NCBI RefSeq assembly: GCF_000143415.4
Contig: NW_003314424.1
Coordinates: 99,194 to 163,193 of the forward strand
DNA length: 64,000 nt
Direction of reading: 5' to 3'
DNA from: Selaginella moellendorffii
Taxonomy: Eukaryota; Plantae; Lycopodiophyta
A model generated the notes under the pieces. The model searched no databases, was not told the DNA's origin, and saw nothing but the letters and a program-made list of their open reading frames with translations. The translations under genes were made by a program, and so were the position numbers. Shown piece after piece: positions 23,287 through 36,441 of this stretch; within the stretch, counting starts at the first letter, position 1; each line of letters starts with the position of its first letter.

Positions 23287-23878
23287 TGGCATGTGGCCCT
23301 TTGCACTAGTATATCTTAATACCGGTCTGAGAAATAGAATGGCATGTGCCCTCAAGCCTTTTACTAAATCACCTTTGAAAGAAATGCAAGCCTCTATGTC
23401 GTAAAAAAAAGGTACTAGAGAAATTCCTTAATAATATGAATGTTATTTAGTTTCATGAAAATACACTAAGGGTCAAATGAGTTAAATGACTTCTCCAGAC
23501 TAGCAATGCCTCTTGCTACACCTTCACAATTAGATTCGTTAGAAAAAGATAACATTGAATAATATCTAAATGTTCTCACCATTAAGTTATATGTCTGGCT
23601 AATAGGAATGACGTTCATCTTGGAAAGCTCACCACACGCTCAATGAACAAACAAATAGTGTGTGCGCGCATGCCATTGCTCTTCTTTAGCTTCAGATTCG
23701 GCTTGTTCACCTTGACAATGAGATTTATTATACAACCAGATGGACTCAGTCTGGACACAAAGTCACCGCGCTAGTCACCATGCCCCAGATATGTCTAGCC
23801 CCTGGACAAAAAACATATAATTTCACGTCATTTTCAAATACTTGAAAATTTGTACCTAGTCCCATTTTACTGAATAAA

Positions 23879-23900
23879 TCCCACTTTAACGAAATAGAGC
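23879..23900 (-). repeat. Right terminal inverted repeat
   Basis: TCCCACTTTAACGAAATAGAGC followed by TTAA. Confidence 0.95.
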
Positions 23901-23904
23901 TTAA

Positions 23905-25010
23905 TTGTAATGTCCTCCGATAACAAGGATGCTCTCTAGGCTGTAAACTTCTCCTGAACTTCCTGCTTGGTGAAGGCACGTGTGAACTCTTCCGAGATCG
24001 GCTCTCTGGGTGAGTCAGGGAACGAATGCAGAGAGGCTTCAACCAGGTGGTTTCCCTTGACCTGCACATATCCATCGATCTCAGAAACCTCATGTCCATG
24101 GCTGCACAAAACAAACAGAAAACTGTCTTCAAAACACGAAACTAGAAACACTCGTGAAGATATGTTGGAGGTCTTGTTTGCTTCCCTAAGCTGGCAGTGC
24201 CTTTGGTGTGGCCATCCATACATACCTGTAGCAGAGTCTTCACATCAATTCCCAATCTTAGTGTATGCACATCCAGGATCGACGTGGTGAACGCTAGAAT
24301 GTCTGAATGCCAATCCTTAAAGGAGGTGACGTATTCATCCATATCCAGGTCTGATTCGTTATTAGGCTCAACGTCATCGTACTCCAGGTTCAGAAAACGG
24401 CTTCCTCATCCAGGTCCTGCTCCTGTGCCTCCTCATCCTCCTCCGACTCCCCCTCTAAGCCCATCTGTAACTGGAACTCTTCCCACTCAGGTTCCTGCTC
24501 ATTGTGCTTACACTCTGCCCTGTACCGCATGAAAAGGGCGAACGAACACAATAGCCTAGAGAAAATGCTTGATCCTGCCGTCTCTTGTCTTGGAAAACCA
24601 AGGTGGCGAGCTGAAATGCACACATCTTTGAGAACGCAGACTCCAACTACACGCACGACCCTCTCCCTTACTGGAAACATCTTTCGATTAAACCTGGAAC
24701 ACCGAGACACTTAGACACAAAACGAGGTGGTCAAGAATACCTACCGATCATAGGGAGGCATGGCATCTGGGATCTGTTCGATCAGCCCGTACCTCTTCTT
24801 AAATTGCTCCATAGTGATCTTGCTGTGACCATCTTCGTTCACTCTCATGTGTTCCAGAATCCAGAGAACTCCAAGATTGCTTGCAACCAAAACGTGCATC
24901 GTCTGCATCCCTCTGGTTCTTATGAGCTGCCTCCGGTGGCTCTGCCCTCCACCTGGTGCTGATGACGGTGCTCGTCGACCCATCGCCCCATTCCTAGGCG
25001 CCGCAGCCAT
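23905..25010 (-). pseudogene. 5' exons of the unknown gene interrupted by the DNA transposon
   Basis: Exon-like ORFs 24741-25010, 24390-24530 (acidic), 24142-24342 and 23936-24100 with short GT-AG gaps, stops and a frameshift. Confidence 0.5.
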
Positions 25011-25153
25011 TGCTCTTCCAGATATTTCACATAACGATGCGATGACGAAGGGATTCACTTAAAAAGCCTTGTCCATAAATTAAAAGGCATTAAATATATT
25101 TCCCTCCAATAGAGCCGTGCTTCTCGCCCGGGATAAATCTATTCATACAAAAA

Positions 25154-26000
<847 letters not shown>

Positions 26001-27818
26001 CATGTTCCCCTGGAAATACATCACCCCATGATAACCATAACTTTTGACATGGAACTACTAGGGCCTTAGTTCCATAGACAGCAAGCTCCACAAAAAAGTG
26101 CAGCTTAAGTTGCATGTAAGGAAGCTAGGACTTGAAAGTGGGATTGAATTTTTATGCCTCTAGGGAAGCTGAACCAAACTACAACTTAGGTATGAGAGGG
26201 AAAATTTAGTCTAACACAGTAGTAACAGTGTGAACCAAACCAAGAGGGGAATAGTGAAAGTCTTCACCAAATGGTTGGTGCAAACATGAGGTGTTAGTGG
26301 CTAGTCCTCAACCTCCACTATGGTATGCACCCCAACAATGAGAGCCCTTTTTTGGGAATGGCTGTGATTGCCACACTTAACCCCACTTAATCACTCTAAG
26401 CACAACTGTTAGCTAGTTTAACCCATAAACCTAATAAATTTAACTAAGATGAAATATTTAACAAAAGCATAAACATAAATTCATAAAAATAAATCCTTGG
26501 GTTGATAAATGTATATGTACATTCCACCCTCTAATGGAACTCTGGAATACCAGTGGAGAAGGTATATTCCACCCATAGGGAATAGTACAAAAATTGGGTA
26601 TGTCACCCTCTACCTCTCCCTTGTCCAAAGCGATTCTAAGTCTGGAGTAGAAGTGGCTACAGTTGCCTCCGAATCCAAATCCATGTCCCCCCTTCATATG
26701 AATCTCAAAATCAATTTGGTAAATATGTATGTGCATTCTTTATATCCCAATGGGACTAATACAAAAACTAAGCATGCCACCCTCTCAATGAATTGTCTTA
26801 CATGATCCTCTTATGTTGCAATTGGACCTAGTTCTGAAGTAGAAGTGGATATGGCTGTCTCCTTTGGATCATATTGATGTCTAAGTCCCCCCTTATAGAA
26901 TAGAGTCCAAGGGGCACCACTGCCAATAGATCTTGCATTCTGCCGAAACATGGGAGCCACCTAATCCTCCACTCCTCTAGCCATCTTGGTTTCACCCTCT
27001 CTTTCAGGATGGTGTGATGAAGGCTCACCGCTACAAAAGTGAGTCTCCACCACAATGCCACCACCATTGATATCCTCACTTGTTGCCCATTGAAGTGACA
27101 ATGATTTCGTGCCTCCCAAAGTGCTTGCACTCTTGTTACTCTTTAGATAGACCAATGCTCATGGCCCATTGCCTCTTAGACTGACATCTTGACTTCAGCC
27201 CCTATCATGTCCCATCGCATTCACATACTCTATCCATGTCATCCTTGACACTAAATAAATCTCCAAACCAGACCAGTGGCTGGACCTTTAGCTCCCTCAA
27301 ACTAGTGGAGAATATCCCTACTCCAAACCTCGAGCTCTGGAATATCTCTTAATTCTTGCGTCACTTTGAGAATTTGTCACCATACTCTCTCACCACATCA
27401 TAATTCCACAGAGCATGTCGCATTATCTCTAGTTTGCCACACTCCTTGCATCATTGACATGCTTCCTCTTGGAAGCACTATCCCACTGGTAACCTATTGG
27501 TTGCCACCAACCAAAAAGTGGCCATGACTTTCTTTTGTACTAGTAATTTCTAGAATGCGAACATGTTATTTACCACTTAGTTTGCTTCAACTCTTTGCTC
27601 GATCCATTTCTTCCAGAGCTTGGGGATCTCCCCTTGGGCTTCCTCCCTACTAGTCAAGAGGCCATCTTGTGCTTTCTTGACTTTAAATGAGAAGAAGCTC
27701 CTCGCTCCTCATTTCCATGCTACTGGGTCCCAATCCAAATCTTCAATAAGCTGTTGTCACCACCATCTGAAAATGCCATCCCCCTCTAGTGAGGCCTCCA
27801 ATTGAACCACCACCAAAA

Positions 27819-29643
27819 TGTGAGACACAAATCCCTAAGCCCCAAAATGGAGCCGAAAGTGTGCCATGTGGTAGTGGCCGAAGTGAAAGCCAAATGAGCA
27901 TAACACGTTTGGACTAAAAGCTCCGACATGAAAGGTCGAGAGCGGGAGTGCAACTCCCAAAGAAGGGCTTGAGAAACAAGCATGAAGCGAGCAATAAGTG
28001 AGTCTCTAGAAAAGGGACACGAAAGGACCAACACATGACATGTGGAAGTGTCCAAGATGGAGTCCGAGATGAACCCGAGATGGAGTCCAAGATGGACCAA
28101 GATGGAGTCCACGATGGAGTCTGAGATGGACCCAAGATAGAGTCTGAGATGGACCCGAGATGGAATCTGAGATGGAGTCTGAAAAGGATCTGAGATGGAG
28201 TCTGAGATGGACCCGAGATGGAGTCCGAGATGGAGCCCGAGAAGGACCCGAGATGGAGTCCAAGATGGACCCGAGATGGAGTCTGAGATGGACCCGAGAT
28301 GGAATCCGAGATGGAGTCCGAAGTCGAGACCGAGACTAAGACTGGGACTGAGACCGAGACCAAGACCGAGGCCGAGACCGAGACTGAGCCCAAGCCTGAG
28401 TCCGAATCCGAGTCCGAGTCCGAGTCCGAGTTCGAGTCTGAGAGGGTGAAAGCCCAAAGCGTTCATCTCCCAGACCTTGGGGGGTTTGGTGAGCTCCAAA
28501 AGTATAGTAAAGGGGAGGACTCTAGTGGAGCCAGTTTGGCCAGGAAAGGCTAGTTTGGCCCAGAAAGGCTATACCTAAGTGTTGGGTGATGAGGTAACCA
28601 CTGGGAGGTCCAAGGCTAGAGTGAATATGGACTATCAAGCGGGGTATCTTGGTGAAGTGTTCAAGGGCTGGCTCTAGTTCCCTCGAGAGATTAAATGGTC
28701 GATGCTCCGAGTTTGAGTGTGGGTGGCACTACCTACTTGGATACCTGGTGTGGCTCAACAAAACCTCGCTCTAAGCCTATGGTTAGAGCACCCAAAGGCG
28801 GAAAGTGGGGAGAGTACCCATGAAGCTCGCGTAAGGCCACAGTATTCTGAAATGTTGTCCCAAAGTCCTAGATTGTAGAATGGAAGAGGAGCAGTCCTCT
28901 AGTGTGGTGACCAAGGATATGGTCATGTGGTGAGAAAGTCCCAGAGGACAGTGGGACTTAGTGGTTGGGCCTGTGGGCCTTGTCCCAGTGGCAGAGTAGG
29001 CAAACTCGGCCATAGACAGAAAAGGGACTTGGTGGGGACTGTAAAAGGGATATTGGGGAAGGTGGTTCCCCCTGTCTATGGGCATCTTAAAGATGCTAAG
29101 GAGTGGATATTAGATGGTCACTCCTAGACGGATGGCCCAGTCGTTGAGAGATAGGACTGTGATGCAAGTGGTGTTGGACCACCGGTGGTACCAAAGTGAA
29201 TGGGCATGGCCTTAGCATAACGGGCTGGGATGTTAGTGGTACCTTGGGGTGTCGGTCTTGGGACCGGACACATGGAGCACTTGGATCAAGTGCAAAGGAT
29301 GAGTGGTATGGATGCCATTCTCAAGGCTAGCAAGTCCTAAGTCCTGAATTGGACTTAAGGAGGTTGTGAATGAGACTCCTCCAAGTGGTTGAAGGTGTGG
29401 TTAAGTGACTAAAGTAGGATGGAAAAATTAGTTGCCTACACAAAAGTTTTAGGGCCTATTGTACTATTTATATCCTACCCCTTGACTTCATTATCTATCA
29501 CCATTGGCATGACCTGTTTGTCTTCTGCTGGCAGCAGCATATTGCCTCTCATAACCTGAAAAGGATGACCAACGTTATGTTCAGGGGACACAACAAACCA
29601 CACCTCCACTTCGCCTCCCAAGTTGGTGTTGGGGCTGTAAACA
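27819..29643 (+). mobile_element. LTR-like insertion related to the 35.2-36.05 kb LTR, opposite orientation; ends approximate
   Basis: Shares GGGTGAAAGCCCAAA, CAAAAGTATAGTA and a hexamer array with the reverse complement of 35600-35970; starts TG; no TSD seen. Confidence 0.55.
28054..28442 (+). repeat. Tandem 12-mer/6-mer array (GAGATGGAGTCC, GAGACC, GAGTCC)
   Basis: Directly visible. Confidence 0.95.
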
Positions 29644-32600
29644 CCTGTGTCTAGGTTCCTAGACTGACTCGTTCCCTGTCTGGCTCCACCTCTCATTGTA
29701 GAGCCACAAAGTCTCCAAGTTTGAGGCATCACCTAAGCTAGAGTTGCCCCTTCTTCGCCTCATTCACTGCTTTAATGATGCGATGAAGATTGAGGTGAAC
29801 CTTTCTCCACCATCTTGGGTTGAAGACTTGCATGCACTTTGTAGTCTTTCTCATATCTTTATCCAACACTCCCACTAGTTGTTGAGAGTTCAGAAGCCTC
29901 CTCTATCCAACGTCTTGTCACCCACTTTGAAGAGATTATTGAAGAACAAGGGCTGGTTTAGCCAATCCTCCACTTGCCCTAGCATCTCTCTACTGATTGG
30001 AAATTTGCTCCACAACTTGAGAATCCCTTGCACTAGCATACCACCCTTGACTACTTGCTTCGGCCTTTCAGCAAAGAGCCAATATGGATCCTCCTCCCAT
30101 AGTCTTGCAGTGTTATGCCTAGGCCTGATTGCTAACAAACTCTGCCTGAATATGAGTCTCCAAGGTTGGTTACCTCATTGAAGGCCCATTAGGAGGATTT
30201 TGTATTGTAGCACCTTTACCATGTCTCTCATATTGATAACTCCAAGTCCTCTCAAGACTTGTGGACGTGTTGTGGATTGCCATGTGACCTTTGCCATGAT
30301 TCTCCCTAACAAGCTCCTCACCACACATACTTACATACCATCGTGTGTACCATTTTGAAAGTGTGTTCAAGGACATGCCAAATCGAGAGGTGGTACCAAA
30401 TGCTGGGCAAGATGATGCTCCTAGCTACAACCACTCTTGCTGGCAAACTAAGTTCCTAGGAGCCCACTTCTAGATTGACATTCATATCCTTTGGAGCAAG
30501 GTGCCACCTTGAAGCACTATGCTGAACCTGGTACCAACTTGAATCCCCAAGTACCTGGTGTCTTTTCTTGGTTTAAGCCACTAAAAGCTTATGTCTTGTC
30601 CCCAAGACTCAATGCCTGGTCACCCCTAGTTTATACCCACTGATTTATTCCAGTTAATTGCTGCGCTAGCAGCAAGGTTGAAAGCCTCTAATGCCTTCTT
30701 GGCTGTGTCTAAGTTCTCCTTAGTCTCAAGTAGAAACATGGCCATGTCATCCATGAATGCTCTATCTTGGAGTTCTTGAGTCACACTTGCCATTCCTGGA
30801 AGTTGTTGTCTTGCAGTTGGCAGGGTGAGTCCCTCAATGCACCTGCCTTCCACTAGAAATGTGCCCACATTCTCAGCCACAATCAGAAAGAGATATGGTG
30901 CTAGTGGACACCCTTGGCATACCAAACATCCCAGCTGTAAACTTAGCCCCATCTCACAATTTACCATGACTCTACTTGTGGCTCCATGGTATAGTAATGA
31001 GATCCTTGTGACCATCTCTTCCGGGATGCCAATCTTGTGCATACACTCCTCCAGAAACCTCCAGTCCACATGGTTGTAGGCATTCTTGAAGTCTAGTAAC
31101 CATGTTGCAATTTGTTGGTTGGAGATCTCTACCCATCTCTAAGCCAGCAGGTATGTCCAAATATTTTCTGCTATTTGTTGCCCTAGAACAAGACTTGTTT
31201 GCTGTTCCTAGATGATTAGCAGCATTGCAGGTTGGATTTTGAAAATCATTTCTTTAGCATAGACCTTGTAAGACGTGTTGAGTATGGTGATTAGCCTCTA
31301 GTTCCTCAACTCTTGCAAGTCCCCCCTCTTTGGGATAAGTGCAATCTAGCCCTTGAGAATCTTGTGAGGCATAGCCCCATTGAGTTGAGCATTTTACCAT
31401 GCTTGCAGTAGCAATGGGCCTATAATTTCCTAGTGCTCCTCAAAAAAAGTAGGAAAGAGGCTATCAATGCCTGGCTGTTTGTTGTTACTGAGCTTCTCGA
31501 CTGCTTCCTGAAGCTCCTCCAATGTGAAGTCCATCCTTAGTGAGTCATGCCACTTGTGAGGGACATGCCAGAGAAGGGATGTTAGCAATTCCTCTACTGC
31601 ACTTTCCCTTCCTAGAGTCCACTACGAGGCTGTGTATAACACTTGGTAGAACTCCTAGGAAAGTTATTGCATCCCCTATTGGTCCTCAATGACCCTCCCA
31701 TCTCTGTGCTTCAGTCCTAGGATGGGAGGAGAATTAGTCACCAGCCTCATTCCTATAAAGAAAGCCTTATTGAGAAGGTGTTTGTTTAAGGCCCATCCAT
31801 CCTCTATGGCCCAGATACCCTTGCTCCACTAGGTCTTGTAGCTCAACTACCCATTCATCCAATACTACTTGCCACTTGTTCTTGTTTTGTCTGCTCAGCA
31901 ATATCCTCCGTGCTTTTGCCACCTTCTGCCTAGCCAATCTTTTGTCCTTCATCATTGCTCCTTTGAGATCCCTTTGGCACACCTATAGCTTCTAAGAGCA
32001 AATCAAGAGCATTGGGACTAGTCCCAATTTGTCCTGTGTGAGGGTGTCCCGTATTTGCCCAATCACCACTAATTCTAGTAGCATTACTCTCATGATTGAT
32101 CGTTGGACTACTATTCCTTTATCCCTTTGGAGCTTGATCACATAATGGAGAGGGTCATGATCTGAGAAGGAGGTGAAGCCAAGCCATGTTTGAAGGCTTC
32201 TACCATCCTACTGTATGCGAGTTGAGGCATACACCTAGGCTAATCTCAGTTGGGAGGTCACTATCGACTGGGAGGTCACTGCCACCTTGTAAAAGGGTGA
32301 CCATGATCCCCAATACATCCACAAGCTGACTCCATTTCTCCCGCTCACGTGGCTGAATTCATTCCCTTGCAATTGTAGACATCCTCAACCATGTTGAAGT
32401 CTCCCAAGACTAGCCATTCATCCATTTCACCCTGGGCAGATTGCAGCATGCTCAGCTAGAATTCCGCTCGTCTCCCTTTTCTCATTGGCCCATATACACT
32501 GATTATCCCCACCTGTTCGAAGTGGAGATGAAGGAAGAGCAATTGAGCCTTGTTAGGAACCAAGATTATGTGATTTCATACCTAAGTAGACCATTTTATT

Positions 32601-35208
32601 GAGACCACCATGGCTGTGCCACCTCCTAGTCTGGCCACTACTTGCATGGCTGGGTTTCACCAAAGCCATCCCCTCATACCAAAGTTGAAGTCTGGGGCCT
32701 CTGCCATTTTGTGCTCCTACAGACACAGGATGTTGATGCCTCCTTCTAAGCCAATCTCACAGATGTGGGACTTGAGTTGCACCCTTTTGTTGAGCTGATT
32801 GCTAGTGCAACTAAGTCCTTGACAATTCCAAGTGATGATCGTGAGTGGTCATGGAGCCATATACTTCCAAGAAAATGACGTGTTGGGGGGACTTGCCCTC
32901 CATTCTATGGTGATGGTCCACACCATAGTCATCTTCCCCTGTACTTTGTCCACAAGAAGACCCAAACAATGTATTTTGCAAAGCCTATCCATTCAATGAT
33001 GATACTCTCCATACGTGTCTGGTAGTTGCCAATGGTGATGACCTCCAGGAAGACTGTGCTCCTGTGGCACATCAACCAATCCCCTACCTCCATGGGACTT
33101 AATTCCCACTTAGGCAGAATCCACCTGACTGCCATTCCTACTATACAAGGGAGGACTGGCTGGAAGCCATCACCTTCGATGTCTGTGATAGGTCACTCAA
33201 ATAGTTTGGGCTGCAAGGAAGAGCCCAAGAGTGGTGGGCCAACTAAGAAGCGAATGTGGGGAGCTTGGTCGGGAGGGCATGCCTTCAAGATCTTCTCCTA
33301 CTCTTTCGATAGCTCAAAAGGCTTCTATGATGCCAGCCTATCCCGCTTAACTGAGCAAGCCTCCTCTTGGTGTCCAGTGCGCTGGCAAAAGTTGCATCTA
33401 GATTTTGAGTTCTTTTTTTGGATCCTGATGTACTGGCCCAGCACTAAAATCTCACTTAGGATTTCAACTGGGGCCAAAACAAAAACTTTGAGTTGGATGG
33501 GGCCGAGAACACCCTCTGCTTCTACAGATTCTAGACCAGCTACTATCTATCTAATACTCCCTTCAACCAGCTCCTGAATCACCATTGTAATCCGCATTTC
33601 CATGGGAACATCCCACAGTGCGATATTCACTAGAAAGCTCTTGCCCTTGAGATGCACCTGGTCCTCTACCGTGAACCTCAGGATCCATGGGTGGAATAAC
33701 ACCACCCAATTCTCATCAATAAGACCATGCATGGCCTCTGCCTAAGACCATGCCTCCTCCTTCTCAAAGACTACTATGTAGCAGCCTTTCCTGTGTGACA
33801 ACATCTTCCTCTACCCTAGCATTGCATTCATCCAGTCATTTGCCATGTGACCTGTTGGAAACTTCCCCTTGAATACAGCAATCAATGCTTTCTTGCGGAG
33901 TTCCTCTTCCTTCTCCACTATTGCTCTTTGCATAGTCTTAGCCAGCTTAACAGGAATAGCCTTCCCTCTCATGTCTGCATGGATCAAGTCTCTTTCTCCT
34001 GCAGCCTCCTTATTCACTTATGCATGTCCAAGTGTTTGCCCGTTCACATTGTGTGAAGTGTTCTTTGTGTTGAATTCACTGTTGGAGCGCAGCACTTCCA
34101 CCACCTTTTTGCAGCCTCGGGCCTTCCCTGCTCTTGACTAAGCCTTCACCACTTGCATAGTCATGTCATCCTCCTAGTGCTGGTCCTCCCATGTGCCTGT
34201 TCTCTTGTCTATGAGGGCCTGCTCCTCCTCTAGAAATGCTTCAATTGTGTTTGTCCAAGACAGGCCCTCCTTAGCAAGTCCTAGAGTTTTAAGTTTCTGC
34301 TGCATTGCTCGCTTCACTTCTTCTTATCATATTTGGTCTTCCTCTTGTTGAAGGCATCACATTCCTGAATTTGAAGTAGGCAATCTGACTATTCATCTAG
34401 TGAGTGCTCCATCTTTGTCTCTATTTTTGACTCCCCATACCTTGTGTCAATTGTTGGTATTGGCATGGCATCTAGGTTGCCTCCTTGCTCATGAGCCCAT
34501 GTGTCAAAGAGATCTGCTTGTCCACTGCCTTTGTGACTAGTTCCTGATGTAGGTCCTAACACAAGTTCCTCTCCCAATGGGTTCAAGTTCAGCTCTTTGA
34601 TCATACACATTAGAGTAGATTGGAGTTCTTTATGTACTAGAAGCAAAGTCTTTTGAATCCTTTCCTCAAAGTGGTGAGGGTCCTAAACCAACATCCCTGC
34701 CTTGTCAAGTTTAGGAAGTGGAGAAGGGAGCAGCTCCTTCTGCTCCTCGTGCAGTGTGGTAGGAGAGTCTAGGTCTGATTTTCTCAATTGTTGCTGATGT
34801 TCAAGGTTCTCTTGGCATGCTTCCTCCTAAAATTTTGCACGTATTGGATTAGGGCAAGCTTGTTCCCTTCCTCAAGAGTCTATGAGTGGTTCCCACCAGC
34901 TGGATGTGAGCTTGTCACGTGTAAGCCACAAAATTTTTCCTTTCCAATTTGCCAGCTTACCTCGTCTATCCGACCAACTCTGCCTTGGCTTGTGCTAAGT
35001 TCCCTCGCCAAGGTTCTTGCCTATGGTACCAGCTCCTACTTGGTCCTACTTGGTTTCAGCTACTCACTGCACGAGCAACGGAGTGTTAGCCATCCATCTA
35101 CAGATTCCCAAATCTCTCCCAATCCCCCTCCCCGGTTAGACTAGACTTAAGGTTCGGCTACACTCCCCGCAGGCACAAGCAGCCAAGCACACCAAGCCTC
35201 CAGATTCC

Positions 35209-36054
35209 TAACACCCCTTGGTACCACAAGACTTGATCATGGGACCCTCTAAATCCCAAGCCTTGGGTGCAGCACTTGCTTCGGGACGTCGGGGTGAAAA
35301 AACGTGGCCTAACGGCCCGGTATGGGTACTTCTACCCCCCCCCTTCCATCCCGAAGGGAAGGCCCAAGCCCCTAGGAAGGGCGAGGACCAATGAGCCACA
35401 AGGTACTTAAGTGGGGCACCACTCCACATGAGCCGGAAGCACCATAGTCGGTTTCCCTTTCGGGAGTGGGAGCTGCTCTTGAGCACTTCCCTGGGTGGCC
35501 CCTCCGGCACCACCCAAGCCCATGCTCACTCCCACCCAAGGCCCCTCGGCCCCAGTCTCAACCTCAAGTCAGTTTGGAAGCACCACTGGAGAGTTCCTTC
35601 AAGACTGGTTCCTGGACCTCACTATCCCTACTATACTTTTGAAACCCCCTACAGCCCCCCCCCCCCCCCCCCGACACACGTTTTGGGCTTTCACCCCTTG
35701 AGCTGTATTAGTATGTGGACTTAGTCTCAGAATCGATCTCAGACTCGATCTCGGACCCGACTTCGGACTCGGTCTCGAACTCGATCTCGGACTCCATCTC
35801 AGACCCGATCTCGGACTCAGTCTCGGACCCGATTTGGATCTCAGACTCCGTCTCGAACTCGGTCTCGAACTCGGTCTCGATCTCGGTCTCCGATTCGGCC
35901 TCGACTCGATCCCGGACTCTATCTCGAACTCGGTCTCAAAGTCGGTCTTGGACTCGATCTTCGACTCGGTCCCATCCAATGAACTCTTTGTCATTTCGGT
36001 CAAGCTTTCGGGGATCCTTTAGCCTACAACATCTCGGGGAGTCGGTTCCTTACA
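35209..36054 (-). repeat. 3' LTR (about 845 bp) with internal hexamer array 35722-35970
   Basis: Starts TGTAAGGAACCGACTCCCC right after purine-rich GGGTGGTGGAG; first 63 nt repeated at 41229-41291. Confidence 0.8.
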
Positions 36055-36441
36055 ACTCCACCACCCATAGAAGAAGTTCGATGCCCACATCGAACGTCTC
36101 TTTTTATCCTATGACTTGTTAACCATGTCTCCGGGGGCATCCCCCCACTTAGCGGTGTGCCTAAGTTAGCCTATGACAACGGAATATAGGTGTCCCTATC
36201 CCCCTCACCTCACCACGCCCTAGTATGGGGTCGGGACTTGAACCCAGCCTTGCTTTACTAGGGGGTTGGGACTCGAACCCAACCTCCGTAGAATACGTCT
36301 ACGGATTCGACATCCCCGCGGGGAGTCGGGCGTAGTGCCCTACGCCTGGTTGACCTATCCAACCCATGCTAATTAGCTTACCTTCGACGCACCTTCGGGT
36401 CCCAACATATGCCACTTGCTCAACTTTGCAAATTGATATTT

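Larger units (their letters stand above)
11645..23360. repeat. Dispersed family of more than 20 imperfect 22-bp palindromes, consensus ATGGCRTGnGGCCnCAYGCCAT
   Basis: Copies start at about 11645, 11936, 13013, 13088, 14305, 14496, 14637, 16136, 17413, 17473, 17550, 18253, 18332, 19195, 19267, 19882, 19980, 20050, 21887, 21944, 23286, 23339. Confidence 0.92.
11552..23900 (+). mobile_element. 12.35-kb TIR DNA transposon, Sola-like (TTAA target suggests Sola3), with a large cargo gene
   Basis: TTAA at 11548-11551 and 23901-23904; perfect 22-bp TIR GCTCTATTTCGTTAAAGTGGGA; internal DDD-type transposase. Confidence 0.9.
26490..35208 (-). mobile_element. Near full-length decayed L1-clade LINE (ORF1 about 33.0-35.0 kb, AP endonuclease about 32.1-32.85 kb, RT about 30.5-31.5 kb), interrupted at about 27.8-29.65 kb
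   Basis: GDFNMVE and FSDHDP (endonuclease); LDFKNAY, QGCPLAPYLF, AFMDD, INWNKS (RT); many stops. Confidence 0.85.

Noticed and set aside
11645-23360. Palindrome copies as a CRISPR array
   Set aside because: Irregular spacing from about 50 bp to more than 1 kb, copies inside exons and introns, no cas genes, eukaryotic context
11552-23900. piggyBac call based on the TTAA duplication
   Set aside because: Ends are not CC..GG type and the transposase motifs (DN..ENKN, GHTHEDID) are not piggyBac-like
27786-28553. Long GL/SP/RP-rich ORFs, and similar ones at 35599-36122
   Set aside because: Stop-free by-products of hexamer arrays in LTR-like DNA
36228-36320. tRNA gene
   Set aside because: Only T-arm/B-box-like hairpins; no A-box, anticodon arm or acceptor stem found
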